Shown: piece by piece, positions 39,079 to 48,427 of the stretch
How the letters are laid out: every line of letters begins with the position of its first letter
Numbering within the stretch: the stretch's first letter is position 1
Origin: Acidimicrobiales bacterium
Lineage (GTDB): Bacteria; Actinomycetota; Acidimicrobiia; Acidimicrobiales; JBBSGY01
NCBI GenBank assembly: GCA_044220495.1
Contig: JBGAQY010000007.1
Location: forward strand, 11,112-75,111
DNA: 64,000 nt
Direction of reading: 5' to 3'
Made by a program: the position numbers and the translations under genes
Notes under the pieces: model-generated
The model's input: the letters and a program-made list of their open reading frames with translations, nothing else
Told to the model about the DNA's origin: nothing
Database searches by the model: none

Positions 39079-39429
39079 GTGAGCACCACCGAGACAACCC
39101 GCATCATCACCGTCACTGACTCGGCTGCGGCCAAGGTCGCTGAGCTGATCAGCCAAGAGAGCGATGCCGAGGGTTTGGCGCTGAGAGTTGCTGTTCGCCC
39201 CGGTGGTTGCTCGGGCTTCAGCTACGACATGTTCTTCGATTCAGAGATCGCTGACGACGACTCGCTCGACCAAGTAAACGAATCGGTCAAAGTGGTCGTC
39301 GACGCAGCAAGCGCCCAAATGCTTACGGGCGCAACGCTTGACTACAACGACGGTCTTCAGTCAACGGGCTTTCACATCAACAACCCCAACGCGAGCCGTA
39401 GCTGCGGCTGTGGCAACTCGTTCAGCTAA
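39079..39429 (+). CDS. erpA: A-type Fe-S cluster carrier (ErpA/IscA, HesB family)
   Basis: GGCSGFSY...NPNASRSCGCGNSF. Confidence 0.93.
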   Translation: MSTTETTRIITVTDSAAAKVAELISQESDAEGLALRVAVRPGGCSGFSYDMFFDSEIADDDSLDQVNESVKVVVDAASAQMLTGATLDYNDGLQSTGFHINNPNASRSCGCGNSFS

Positions 39430-39454
39430 CTGAGCGAGATCGCCTCTAGGGCGA

Positions 39455-39697
39455 TCAGCGCAGCGCCTGAGAGGCGCTTACGTAAGCAGACACCATCGAT
39501 ATGAGACCAATGGCGGCGACGGCGACGAGGTTCATTCCTCTAATCGGCTTGCCACTGATTGCCACATTGATGATGCTCACCGACGTTGCTACGAAGAGCC
39601 CCCAAGTGATTCCCCACAGCTTGGGTCGCTCGATGAATTTTTGAATTAGTTCGCCCAGCGCCGATAGTCGCGGTTCTGGACGCTCGATGACACTCAT
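39455..39697 (-). CDS. Small hypothetical membrane protein (2 TM)
   Basis: 80 aa with two hydrophobic helices; GGGGGAG upstream; fills an otherwise empty gap. Confidence 0.65.
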   Translation of the reverse strand: MSVIERPEPRLSALGELIQKFIERPKLWGITWGLFVATSVSIINVAISGKPIRGMNLVAVAAIGLISMVSAYVSASQALR

Positions 39698-39880
39698 TTG
39701 GTGATCGCTCCCCCAACCTATTGATCGCTAATAACTGTCTTCACCCCACGTATTAGCGATTAAAGGAAGCGGCAGGCTACCCGAGTTCAGCCGGCTATGC
39801 ATGGTAATTCGTGGCGATCGATTTTTGCGTCGACGAGTGTGTCGTTACCTGTGTTGTGGGCTGACGTAATCTCTGCGTCC

Positions 39881-40225
39881 ATGGCAGCACCCATTGGCCC
39901 TTACACCCCGGCTTATCGTGCCGGCGATTTTCTTTTTTGCTCCGGACAGATTGGTTTGAGTGGCGACGACCTCGTCGACGGGTTTGATGCGCAGGTCAAA
40001 CAGGCGCTCATCAACCTTGAAACGTTGCTCCGAGAAAACGATGCAACGATGAGCGATGTCGTTAAGGCGACGGTTTTTCTGACTGACATCGAGCATTTTG
40101 CGCCGATGAACGATCTTTACTGCGCAGCTTTTGGTGATCACCGGCCAGCGCGCTCAACGGTTGTGGTCGTTGCTCTACCGAAAGGTGCGCTGTTCGAGGT
40201 CGAGGCGATTGCTCATGTCTCGTAA
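39881..40225 (+). CDS. RidA/YjgF family enamine-imine deaminase
   Basis: IGPYTPA, SGQIG, MNDLY, PARSTV and EVEAIA motifs. Confidence 0.93.
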   Translation: MAAPIGPYTPAYRAGDFLFCSGQIGLSGDDLVDGFDAQVKQALINLETLLRENDATMSDVVKATVFLTDIEHFAPMNDLYCAAFGDHRPARSTVVVVALPKGALFEVEAIAHVS

Positions 40226-40673
40226 GCCCCCCGTTGAGTCTGCACCGCCCAGCGAGGCTGAGGTCGACGAAACAGACGTCGGCTTTCTTGCTGACGTTGG
40301 CGCTGACCTCAAACAGTTGGTGGGTGCCGCTCCATCAGGTGCGGTTGTCTTCATGGCCGGCCTGATCTTTGCGTTCTGGTCGAACTTCCGGATTGCTGAC
40401 TTTGCCGGCGCAGCATCAACTCGAGACGCAGAACTCATCCTCGAAGCGTTGCGAATCGTGTCGGTTGTTTTGTGGATCTGCGTCGCCCTGTGGGGTCGCC
40501 AAATCATGGTTGTTGCCCGCAACCGCGAAGAGACACAACGTCGACTCGAATACCAAGGCACCATCATGGAGACCATCGAAGAAAGTCTGCGTTCGCGACT
40601 GGTCATCAAAGACGAAGAAGTTGTGAAGGCACGCAACTTTTGGGATCGTCTCCGCAACGATCCGAAGCTCTAG
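40215..40673 (+). CDS. Hypothetical membrane protein (2 TM plus a C-terminal coiled coil)
   Basis: Overlaps the RidA stop; two hydrophobic segments. Confidence 0.65.
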   Translation: MSRKPPVESAPPSEAEVDETDVGFLADVGADLKQLVGAAPSGAVVFMAGLIFAFWSNFRIADFAGAASTRDAELILEALRIVSVVLWICVALWGRQIMVVARNREETQRRLEYQGTIMETIEESLRSRLVIKDEEVVKARNFWDRLRNDPKL

Positions 40674-40683
40674 ACCTCTGCCG

Positions 40684-41370
40684 TTAGCTTTCGTCGCTGG
40701 AGTGCCAGCGTGGTCTGCCGAAGATGTAACCGACAGAGCGCACGGTTTGAATCAACTGGGCATGCTCTTCTCCAAGCTTTGCTCGCAACCGACGCACGTG
40801 AACATCAACAGTGCGCGCTCCGCCGTAGTACTCGTAACCCCACACCTGGCGCAGTAGTTCTTCACGACTAAACGTGCGACCAGGGTTGGTCGCAAAATGT
40901 TTGAGCAGTTCGTACTCCATGTACGTCATGTCGAGCGGACGATCAGCAACCGCAGCTTGATAAGTCGCGAGGTTGAGCACCAGAGTTCCGTACTCGACGA
41001 GTTCGGGGCGACTTCCGCCGGTTGCGCGCCACATCATCTGCTTCACTCGAGCCTCAAACTCGTACGCGCGCATCGGCGAGATAACAAAGTCGTCGTAAAC
41101 ATCACGCATGACTTCGAGACTTGCTGCCTTCTCGGTCGGCACGACAAGCAGCAATGGTGTTTGTCGATCGCGTTCACGCATCGCGCGGCAGTACTCGATT
41201 GCGCTTTCAAAGTCGGGGCCGATGACGATGGCGGCTGTCCACCCGGCCTCGGGTGCGAGTCGGTCGCTTGTTTCGAGCGACGCAGCAGCCTTCCAATTGA
41301 CCCCCACCGACGACAGTGCGTCGACGACTTCAGTGGGAACCGATTCGGCAAAGACGACTACCTGTGCCAT
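40684..41370 (-). CDS. glnR: GlnR-like OmpR-family regulator with an atypical receiver
   Basis: VWGYEYYGGARTVDVHVRRLRAKLGEEHAQLIQTVRSVGY matches the GlnR winged helix; lies next to two glnA genes. Confidence 0.8.
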   Translation of the reverse strand: MAQVVVFAESVPTEVVDALSSVGVNWKAAASLETSDRLAPEAGWTAAIVIGPDFESAIEYCRAMRERDRQTPLLLVVPTEKAASLEVMRDVYDDFVISPMRAYEFEARVKQMMWRATGGSRPELVEYGTLVLNLATYQAAVADRPLDMTYMEYELLKHFATNPGRTFSREELLRQVWGYEYYGGARTVDVHVRRLRAKLGEEHAQLIQTVRSVGYIFGRPRWHSSDES

Positions 41371-41379
41371 GTGAAGTCC

Positions 41380-42708
41380 TTAAAGCCTTGGTAGGTAACG
41401 GTTGATTTCGAACTGACTGACTTCCGCTTCGTAGGCTCGCCATTCAGCGCGCTTGTTGCGGATGAACCACTCGAAAACGTGCTCGCCGAGAACTTCAGAC
41501 ATGAGCTTCGAGTTTTCGATCTCATCGATCGCTGTCGCCAATGACCCCGGCAACGTCGTGATGCCTTTTGCAAGCAAATCTTGTGTGGTGAAGTCGTAAA
41601 GGTTCTCAGTTGTCTCGGCCGAGATCTCGTAACCCTGCTCGATGCCGTCAAGACCTGCCGACAAGATCGCTGCAAACGCAAGATAGGGGTTAGTTGCGGG
41701 ATCAGGCGCGCGGTATTCGATGCGTGTCGACTCTGCACTCTTTGCGTGCGGCACATTGACGATCGCCGAGCCATTGTTGCGTGCCCACGCAACGTAAATC
41801 GGCGCCTCATATCCGACGACAAGTCGCTTATACGAATTGACCCACTGATTGGTAACAGCAGACATTTCGCGAGCATGACGAAGAATGCCGGCAATAAATT
41901 GCTTTGCAACGGTTGACAATCCGTTTGGATCGTTGGCGTCGTAGAACGCATTCGTTTCGCCTCTGTAGAGCGAAAAGTGCGTGTGCATTCCCGAACCCTG
42001 CACTCCCGAAAGCGGCTTCGGCATGAACGTTGCGTGCACGCCTGCTTCGTTGGCGAATTCTTTGACGACTAGCCGCATCGTCATCAAAGTGTCGGCCATC
42101 GTTAGTGCGTCAGTGTGCCGCAGATCGATTTCGTGCTGACTGGGCGAGTCTTCGTGTTGGTTGTACTCAACGGGGATGCCCATGTCTTCCAGAGCAAGCA
42201 CTGTTCGTTTGCGAATTGCGCCGCCCTTGCCTGACACCTCGAGATCAAAGTACGACCCCTGATCGAGCGTTTGGGGTGCGCCGGTCGGTTGGTTGTCGGC
42301 GAAATAGAAGAACTCAACTTCAGGTGCAGCAAAGAACGAATATCCGCTGTCTTGCGCGCGCTGCAATGCACGGCGAAGCACGTAGCGGGGGTCGCCTTCA
42401 AACGGTGTGCCGTCGAGGCGTGTGATGTCGCAGAACATGCGGGCGACGGGCTTGTCGACTTCTTTCCATGGCAGAATCTGAAAAGTTTCAGGGTCGGGTT
42501 TGGCGAGCATGTCGCTTTCTTGAATGCGACTAAAACCCTCAATGGCCGAGCCGTCAAAGCTCATGCCTTCCTCGAGAGCGTTCTCGAGTTCTGCAGCAGT
42601 AATGCTGAAAGCCTTCGATGTACCCAACACATCTGTAAACCAGAGTTGGATGAATCGAACACCTCGCTCTTCGACCGTTCTAAGTACGTAGTCCTGGGGG
42701 CGCTCCAT
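41380..42708 (-). CDS. glnA2: Glutamine synthetase family protein, actinobacterial GlnA2 type
   Basis: DYVLRTVEERGVRFIQLWFTDVLG, FDGSAIEGF and MPKP...GSGMHTH motifs. Confidence 0.88.
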   Translation of the reverse strand: MERPQDYVLRTVEERGVRFIQLWFTDVLGTSKAFSITAAELENALEEGMSFDGSAIEGFSRIQESDMLAKPDPETFQILPWKEVDKPVARMFCDITRLDGTPFEGDPRYVLRRALQRAQDSGYSFFAAPEVEFFYFADNQPTGAPQTLDQGSYFDLEVSGKGGAIRKRTVLALEDMGIPVEYNQHEDSPSQHEIDLRHTDALTMADTLMTMRLVVKEFANEAGVHATFMPKPLSGVQGSGMHTHFSLYRGETNAFYDANDPNGLSTVAKQFIAGILRHAREMSAVTNQWVNSYKRLVVGYEAPIYVAWARNNGSAIVNVPHAKSAESTRIEYRAPDPATNPYLAFAAILSAGLDGIEQGYEISAETTENLYDFTTQDLLAKGITTLPGSLATAIDEIENSKLMSEVLGEHVFEWFIRNKRAEWRAYEAEVSQFEINRYLPRL

Positions 42709-42861
42709 GGAAAAAGGTTAGTTGCGGTTTTCAATATTTATTGATCGGCCCTCCTCTTGGCCTGCCCTTTTACCTAGAGTTAATAAAACGAGTTGGCTAT
42801 GGCGTCCTGCGCGAGAGTGTGCGGGTCGACTCTGTGAGCCGGCAAAGCCTTAGGAGGGTTA

Positions 42862-44286
42862 GTGGACGAGTACAGCGCTGAGGGAGTTCTCAGCATGGTG
42901 TCCGGCGAGGGCGCTGTGATGGTCGATCTTCGTTTTTGCGACTTACCGGGAGTCATGCAGCACTTCTCGGTGCCAGCCCACCAATTGACCGAAGAGTCAT
43001 TCACTCTCGGTTTCGGTTTCGACGGATCTTCAATTCGTGGATATCAAGACATTCACGAATCTGATCTCATCTTGGTTCCAGACCCAAAGACAGCAGTGAT
43101 GGATCCATTCCGTGAGCACGCCACCTTGAGCATGCACTGTTGGGTGAAAGATCCGACAACGGGTGAGCTTTACAGTCGTGATCCGCGCAACGTTGCGAAG
43201 AAGGCCGAAGAATATGTGCGCAGTACGGGTTTGGCTGACACTGCCTATTTTGGTCCCGAGGTTGAGTTCTTCATCTTCGACGACGTTCGCTTCGGCCAGA
43301 ACAATCATTCGGCTTCTTACTACCTCGACTCGGTAGAGGGCACGTGGAACAGCGACAAAGAAGAAGGGCCGAATCTCGGCCACAAACCGCGTGATCGCGA
43401 AGGCTATTTTCCGCTGCCGCCGATGGATATGTTTCAAGACCTCCGTACTGAGATGGTCATCAAGCTCGAAGAGTTAGGCATCGATGTAGAGCTGCAGCGC
43501 CATGAAGTCGCGACGGCTGGTCAAGCTGAGATCGACATGCGTTACGACACGCTGCTGCGTATGGCCGACAAGGTCATGCTCTACAAGTACGTAATCAAGA
43601 ACGTTGCTTTTCAGGCGGGCAAGACCGCCACGTTCATGCCAAAGCCGTTGTTTGAAGACAATGGTTCAGGCATGCACGTGCATCAATCGCTGTGGAGCGG
43701 AGATGAGCCGCTGTTCCACGGCGAGACTGGTTACGCCAACCTTTCTGACACGGGCCGTTGGTACATCGGTGGGCTCATCAAGCACGGCCGTTCGTTGATG
43801 GCTTTCTGCGCGCCGAGCACAAACTCCTACAAGCGTTTGGTTCCCGGTTATGAGACGCCCGTAAACCTCGTTTACTCGCAACGCAACCGGTCAGCGGCCG
43901 TGCGTGTCCCACCGGACGTCGAAGGTGCTTCGGGTAAACGCATCGAATTTCGTTCTCCTGACGCGTCCTCAAATCCATACCTGGCCTTTGCAGCTTTGGT
44001 GATGGCCGGGCTCGACGGTGTTGCCAACCGCATCGAGCCGCCCGCTCCCGTTGACGATGACATCTTCAAGATGAGTGCCGCTGATCAAGCAAAAATTTCT
44101 CAGGTGCCGAGTTCGCTCGAAGAAGCTCTCTGGCATCTCGAGCAAGACAACGCATACCTCAAGGCGGGCGGGGTTTTCACTGACGACTTGATCGAAAAGT
44201 GGATCGAAATGAAGCGGAAGAACGACGTGGATCCGCTTCGACAGCGTCCGCACCCCTGGGAGTTCATGCTTTACTACGACATCTAG
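42862..44286 (+). CDS. glnA: Type I glutamine synthetase (GSI-beta)
   Basis: FDGSSIRG, HESD, GYFP, DNGSGMH, SYKRLVPGYE, NRSA and RPHPWEF motifs. Confidence 0.95.
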   Translation: MDEYSAEGVLSMVSGEGAVMVDLRFCDLPGVMQHFSVPAHQLTEESFTLGFGFDGSSIRGYQDIHESDLILVPDPKTAVMDPFREHATLSMHCWVKDPTTGELYSRDPRNVAKKAEEYVRSTGLADTAYFGPEVEFFIFDDVRFGQNNHSASYYLDSVEGTWNSDKEEGPNLGHKPRDREGYFPLPPMDMFQDLRTEMVIKLEELGIDVELQRHEVATAGQAEIDMRYDTLLRMADKVMLYKYVIKNVAFQAGKTATFMPKPLFEDNGSGMHVHQSLWSGDEPLFHGETGYANLSDTGRWYIGGLIKHGRSLMAFCAPSTNSYKRLVPGYETPVNLVYSQRNRSAAVRVPPDVEGASGKRIEFRSPDASSNPYLAFAALVMAGLDGVANRIEPPAPVDDDIFKMSAADQAKISQVPSSLEEALWHLEQDNAYLKAGGVFTDDLIEKWIEMKRKNDVDPLRQRPHPWEFMLYYDI

Positions 44287-44347
44287 AAAACGCGAGTTTG
44301 AGTTTTACTCCTGCTGCTTTCAATCGTTCTGGCGGGGGTGCCCGACC

Positions 44348-44380
44348 AAAAGCGAGGCTCTTTGTGAGCCTCGCTTTTTT
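44348..44380. terminator. Bidirectional intrinsic terminator
   Basis: aaaagcgaggctc-tttgt-gagcctcgctttttt between the convergent glnA and EEP genes. Confidence 0.85.
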
Positions 44381-44382
44381 CG

Positions 44383-45375
44383 TTACTGAGTGTCGACGAT
44401 CGCGAGGTCGACAAGCACCGCTCGGTGATCGCTTCCTGCTGCCTTACCTTCGCTGATGCTGGTTGGTTGCAGATCTCGAGTGACAACCACGTGGTCGAGT
44501 CGTATGTATCCGCCGAAACGTTCTCCGCCAAAGAACCCGACCGGCCATGTGCGCGCGTAACCGCGTCCGCGGTCGACGTGAGCATCTTTGAATCCTGCGT
44601 CCAGTAGGTCTCGGTAGGGCTTATGTGATGAGGTTGCGTTGAAGTCTCCTGCAGCAACTGCTGTCGACCCCGCTCGCTTCAGTTCGTCTTTGATCAAGGC
44701 AATGTCGCCTTGCCATTGCCATGGTTCTCCGGCGACGGGAGCCTGTGTATGCACGTTGATGAGAGTGACGCGTTGCCCGTCTTTCGTTACTACCGCTCGC
44801 ATCAACGGAAAGCCCGGGCTCGACAGAAGACTTTTGTTGCTCAGTGGATACTTCGAGAAGATGCCGAGACCCTTGACGCCGTTTGGCTCGACGTACTGAT
44901 CGGTGTACGAGTCAAGAGCTCCGCTCTCACGAAGTGGAACGAGTACCTGCCACGAGAGCTCCTGCAAGAACACGACGTCGGCATCGGCGACAGAGATGCT
45001 CTGAGCGAGGGCCGTGATCTCGCGATTGTCGAACATCACGTTGTGCGTGAGAAGTGTCAAGTGCGGCGCGCTCTTCACTTCAGACGGCAGGGCAGAAGCA
45101 GACCGCCAATCGGGTACTACCCAAGCCAAGTGACACACGATCAAAAGTGCGCTGACGATTGCCAAAGCCCGCGATCGCCACGCGATCGCTACGGCAAACC
45201 CCAGATACGAGATGAGTAACAGAAATGGAAAGATCGTCTCGAACGAAATTACGAGTCGGTAATTCTCGAAGCCCGCAAGCCGTGCAATTGCGAGCAGGCC
45301 AACGGGAAGGGTGCAGATCAGAAGGCCATTGATCACAGCGGTTCGCATCACCGAGGCAAAGGTCTTGGTGGTCAC
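44383..45375 (-). CDS. Membrane-anchored endonuclease/exonuclease/phosphatase family protein
   Basis: N-terminal TM helices; HNV, LQE, GDFNA, LDH and SDH motifs. Confidence 0.92.
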   Translation of the reverse strand: MTTKTFASVMRTAVINGLLICTLPVGLLAIARLAGFENYRLVISFETIFPFLLLISYLGFAVAIAWRSRALAIVSALLIVCHLAWVVPDWRSASALPSEVKSAPHLTLLTHNVMFDNREITALAQSISVADADVVFLQELSWQVLVPLRESGALDSYTDQYVEPNGVKGLGIFSKYPLSNKSLLSSPGFPLMRAVVTKDGQRVTLINVHTQAPVAGEPWQWQGDIALIKDELKRAGSTAVAAGDFNATSSHKPYRDLLDAGFKDAHVDRGRGYARTWPVGFFGGERFGGYIRLDHVVVTRDLQPTSISEGKAAGSDHRAVLVDLAIVDTQ

Positions 45376-45457
45376 GTCGCCCAGCGTGGCAGATTTCGCG
45401 CCTCACAATGAAGGGACGACCGACGCGGGCGCTTCGCAGTAGGCATACGCTGAAGCA

Positions 45458-47203
45458 ATGCCGTCGATCAGGGTTGCGCTCTGTCAGCTCAACACAGTTG
45501 TTGGTGACATGCAGGGCAACGTGAGCCGAATACTCGAAGCTTTGTCGCGTGCCGCCGAGTCGGGTAGCGACATCGCTGTGTTTCCCGAGTTGGCGATCAC
45601 GGGATATCCCCCTGAAGATCTCCTGCTAAAGCCGCACTTCGTGCAAGACAACCTCGACGCAATGATGCAGGTTGCGCACGCGACGACCGACTGCGTTGCA
45701 ATTTTCGGTTTTGTTGATCGCCAGCAAGACCTTTACAACGCGGCTGCAATTTGCCATCGCGGCGAGGTCGTCAGTCGTCATCACAAAAGAGTGTTGCCAA
45801 ATTACGGCGTCTTTGACGAAGCGCGTTACTTCGCTCCGGGCGAGCGGGCGTCGAAGCTTTATGGAATTTCTGGCGTCAAAGTTGGCGTATCGATCTGCGA
45901 AGACGCGTGGCACCCAGACGGTCCCATCGCCGAGCAAGCTGCCGGTGGTGCCGAGATCATGATCAATCTCAATGCGTCGCCTTATTACGCAGGCAAGCTC
46001 GCAATCAGAACGCATCTCTTGGGCACGCGCGCTGCTGACGCATCGATCCCGATCGTTTACGTCAACCAAGTTGGTGGTCAAGACGAATTGGTGTTCGACG
46101 GCGCCTCGTTCGTGTTTGATGCCGACGGACGCGTCGTCGCTGCTGCCGGCCAGTTCACCGAGTCTGTAACGATCGTCGATGTCGATGTACGTCCGAGCTT
46201 TCGTAAGCGATTGCTCGATCCTCGGGGGCGCAGCAAGGCCGACATGCTGCCAATCGTTGCCGTGAAAGGTGACGTGTCGCCGTTGCGCGACGAAGTGAAA
46301 TCCGCATCGCCTCGCGTTGCACCGCTGCATCCAACCGCCGAGATCTACAACGCGCTTGTGCTTGGTACCGCCGACTATGTGCGTAAAAACGGATTCACCG
46401 ATGTTGTGCTTGGGCTTTCTGGTGGCATCGACTCTTCGCTCGTTGCTTGTGTCGCTGTCGACGCGCTCGGCGCCGATCACGTTCACGGTGTCGCACTTCC
46501 GTCGCGATACTCGTCGGCTGCTTCAGAGGTCGACGCGCAGATGTTGGCTGAGAATCTCGGCATCGACTTCCGCATCATTCCCATCGAGCCGGGTCATGTT
46601 GCCTTTCACCACATGCTCAAAGAGTCGTGCGATGGTGATGTCACTGGCCTGACCGACGAGAACCTTCAGAGTCGTTTGCGCGGCGTGACGTTGATGGCGT
46701 TGTCAAACGAGTTCGGTTGGCTGCTCCTCACTACTGGCAACAAGAGTGAGGTTGCCGTTGGTTACTCCACCCTTTATGGAGACTCGGCTGGTGGCTTTGC
46801 TGTCATCAAAGACGTTCTCAAGACTCGCGTATATGAGCTCTGCCGTTGGCGTAATCGCGAAGCTATTGCGAACGGGCTCGACTCGATCATTCCTGAGAGC
46901 GTTTTGATGAAGGTGCCGTCTGCCGAGTTGCGTCCTGATCAGCGCGACGACCAGAGCTTGCCGCCTTATGAAGTTCTCGATCCGATCCTCCAGGCGTACA
47001 TCGAAGACGATCGCAGCATCGACGAGATAGTGACTCTTGGGTTCGAACCCGAAGTCGTTCAGTCGGTTGTACGCCTCGTTGATCTCGCTGAGTACAAACG
47101 GCGACAGACGCCCATCGGCGTGAATGTCACTCCAAAAGCGTTTGGAAAAGACCGTCGCATGCCCATAACTAATGGATACGTAGAGATCTACAAAGAGTCG
47201 TGA
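45458..47203 (+). CDS. nadE: Glutamine-dependent NAD+ synthetase
   Basis: Nitrilase domain (FPEL, ICED) plus GLSGGIDS, ENLQSRLRG and GNKSE motifs. Confidence 0.96.
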   Translation: MPSIRVALCQLNTVVGDMQGNVSRILEALSRAAESGSDIAVFPELAITGYPPEDLLLKPHFVQDNLDAMMQVAHATTDCVAIFGFVDRQQDLYNAAAICHRGEVVSRHHKRVLPNYGVFDEARYFAPGERASKLYGISGVKVGVSICEDAWHPDGPIAEQAAGGAEIMINLNASPYYAGKLAIRTHLLGTRAADASIPIVYVNQVGGQDELVFDGASFVFDADGRVVAAAGQFTESVTIVDVDVRPSFRKRLLDPRGRSKADMLPIVAVKGDVSPLRDEVKSASPRVAPLHPTAEIYNALVLGTADYVRKNGFTDVVLGLSGGIDSSLVACVAVDALGADHVHGVALPSRYSSAASEVDAQMLAENLGIDFRIIPIEPGHVAFHHMLKESCDGDVTGLTDENLQSRLRGVTLMALSNEFGWLLLTTGNKSEVAVGYSTLYGDSAGGFAVIKDVLKTRVYELCRWRNREAIANGLDSIIPESVLMKVPSAELRPDQRDDQSLPPYEVLDPILQAYIEDDRSIDEIVTLGFEPEVVQSVVRLVDLAEYKRRQTPIGVNVTPKAFGKDRRMPITNGYVEIYKES

Positions 47204-47485
47204 GCTTGGGTCGTTCAGCGTTAATTCAGCAACGGCGACGTCGTCATGCAGAAAAAGTGCTGGTCGCGGAAGAATTGCAAACTTGCCGGTGTTGAAACAA
47301 CCAGTTCAACGGTGAACCCTAAACGTGGTCGCGTGAGTATAATTTCTCACTCCGGTCTAGCCGGGGCTCCCCTGACCGGTACAATAGGGACTTCGTCGCT
47401 TCGGTTTCCAGCTTTTTCGGCAGATTTTGTGCCGTGTGTTTTTGGGAACGAGAAGAGAGCGTCGCACTAGAAGGGCTTTACTGAT

Positions 47486-48427
47486 TTGGCCAAAGAGCGT
47501 ATAGAGCGAGATGAAGAAGACCTTGTCCGTCTCTACCTCACCGACATTGGGCAGTACCCACTGCTCACCAAGGACGACGAGGTTCGCCTCGCCCAAGCCA
47601 TCGAAGCCGGCAACGAAGCTCGTGTCGCGTTCGAAGCGACGGCCAAGGCTGACCTAACTGCCGCCAAAAAGCGTGAGCTGCGCAAGCTCATGCAAGCCGG
47701 TGCCGATGCTCAGCGCACATTCGTTCAGTCGAACCTTCGACTTGTTGTTTCGATTGCGAAGAAGTACCAGGCTTCTGGTCTTCCGCTTCTTGATCTGATT
47801 CAAGAGGGCAACCTCGGTCTTATGCACGCCGTCGAAAAGTTCGATTGGCGTAAGGGCTTCAAGTTTTCGACCTACGCAACTTGGTGGATTCGCCAAGCAA
47901 TTACTCGCGGTATCGCCAACACTGGCCGCACTATTCGTCTGCCAGTACACGCCGGCGACACGCTTGCTCGGTTGCAGAAAGCGCGTGCGCGTCTTGAGCT
48001 CAAACTCGGTCGTCCAGCAACGCTTACCGAGCTTGCTGCCGAAGTCGAGATGGAAGAGTCAAAGGTCACCGAAGCTCTGCGTTTCGCAGCTGAACCGCTT
48101 TCACTTTCCGAACCACTGCGTGAAGATGGCGATGCCGAACTGGGCGACGTCGTTGAAGATCGTTCCGCCGAGTCTCCATTCGAAGTCGCAGCGACTTCAC
48201 TCTTGCCCGAAGAGATCACGCGCCTGTTGGCGCCTCTCGACGAGCGCGAGCGTGAGATCCTGCGTCTGCGTTTCGGTCTCGACCGCGGCGAACCCCGCAC
48301 TCTCGAAGAGGTTGGCGAATACTTCAACCTCACTCGTGAGCGCATCCGTCAGATCGAAGCCCGCGCGATGTCGAAGTTGCGTCACCCGAGCTCCGATACT
48401 GGCGCCCGCGACCTCCTCACCGTCTAA
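47486..48427 (+). CDS. Sigma-70 family factor, group-2-like (no region 1.1)
   Basis: VRLYLTDIG, NLRLVVSIAKKY, DLIQEGNLGL, KFSTYATWWIRQ and TLEEVGEYFNLTRERIRQIE motifs. Confidence 0.93.
   Translation: MAKERIERDEEDLVRLYLTDIGQYPLLTKDDEVRLAQAIEAGNEARVAFEATAKADLTAAKKRELRKLMQAGADAQRTFVQSNLRLVVSIAKKYQASGLPLLDLIQEGNLGLMHAVEKFDWRKGFKFSTYATWWIRQAITRGIANTGRTIRLPVHAGDTLARLQKARARLELKLGRPATLTELAAEVEMEESKVTEALRFAAEPLSLSEPLREDGDAELGDVVEDRSAESPFEVAATSLLPEEITRLLAPLDEREREILRLRFGLDRGEPRTLEEVGEYFNLTRERIRQIEARAMSKLRHPSSDTGARDLLTV

Noticed and set aside
39421-39435. CAGCTAAC as the 3' end of a ydaO riboswitch
   Set aside because: It is the erpA stop-codon context, and the upstream sequence is coding.
42709-42861. 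GlnR boxes in the glnA2/glnA intergenic region
   Set aside because: Only partial or mis-spaced matches to GTNAC-n6-GAAAC; not supportable by eye.
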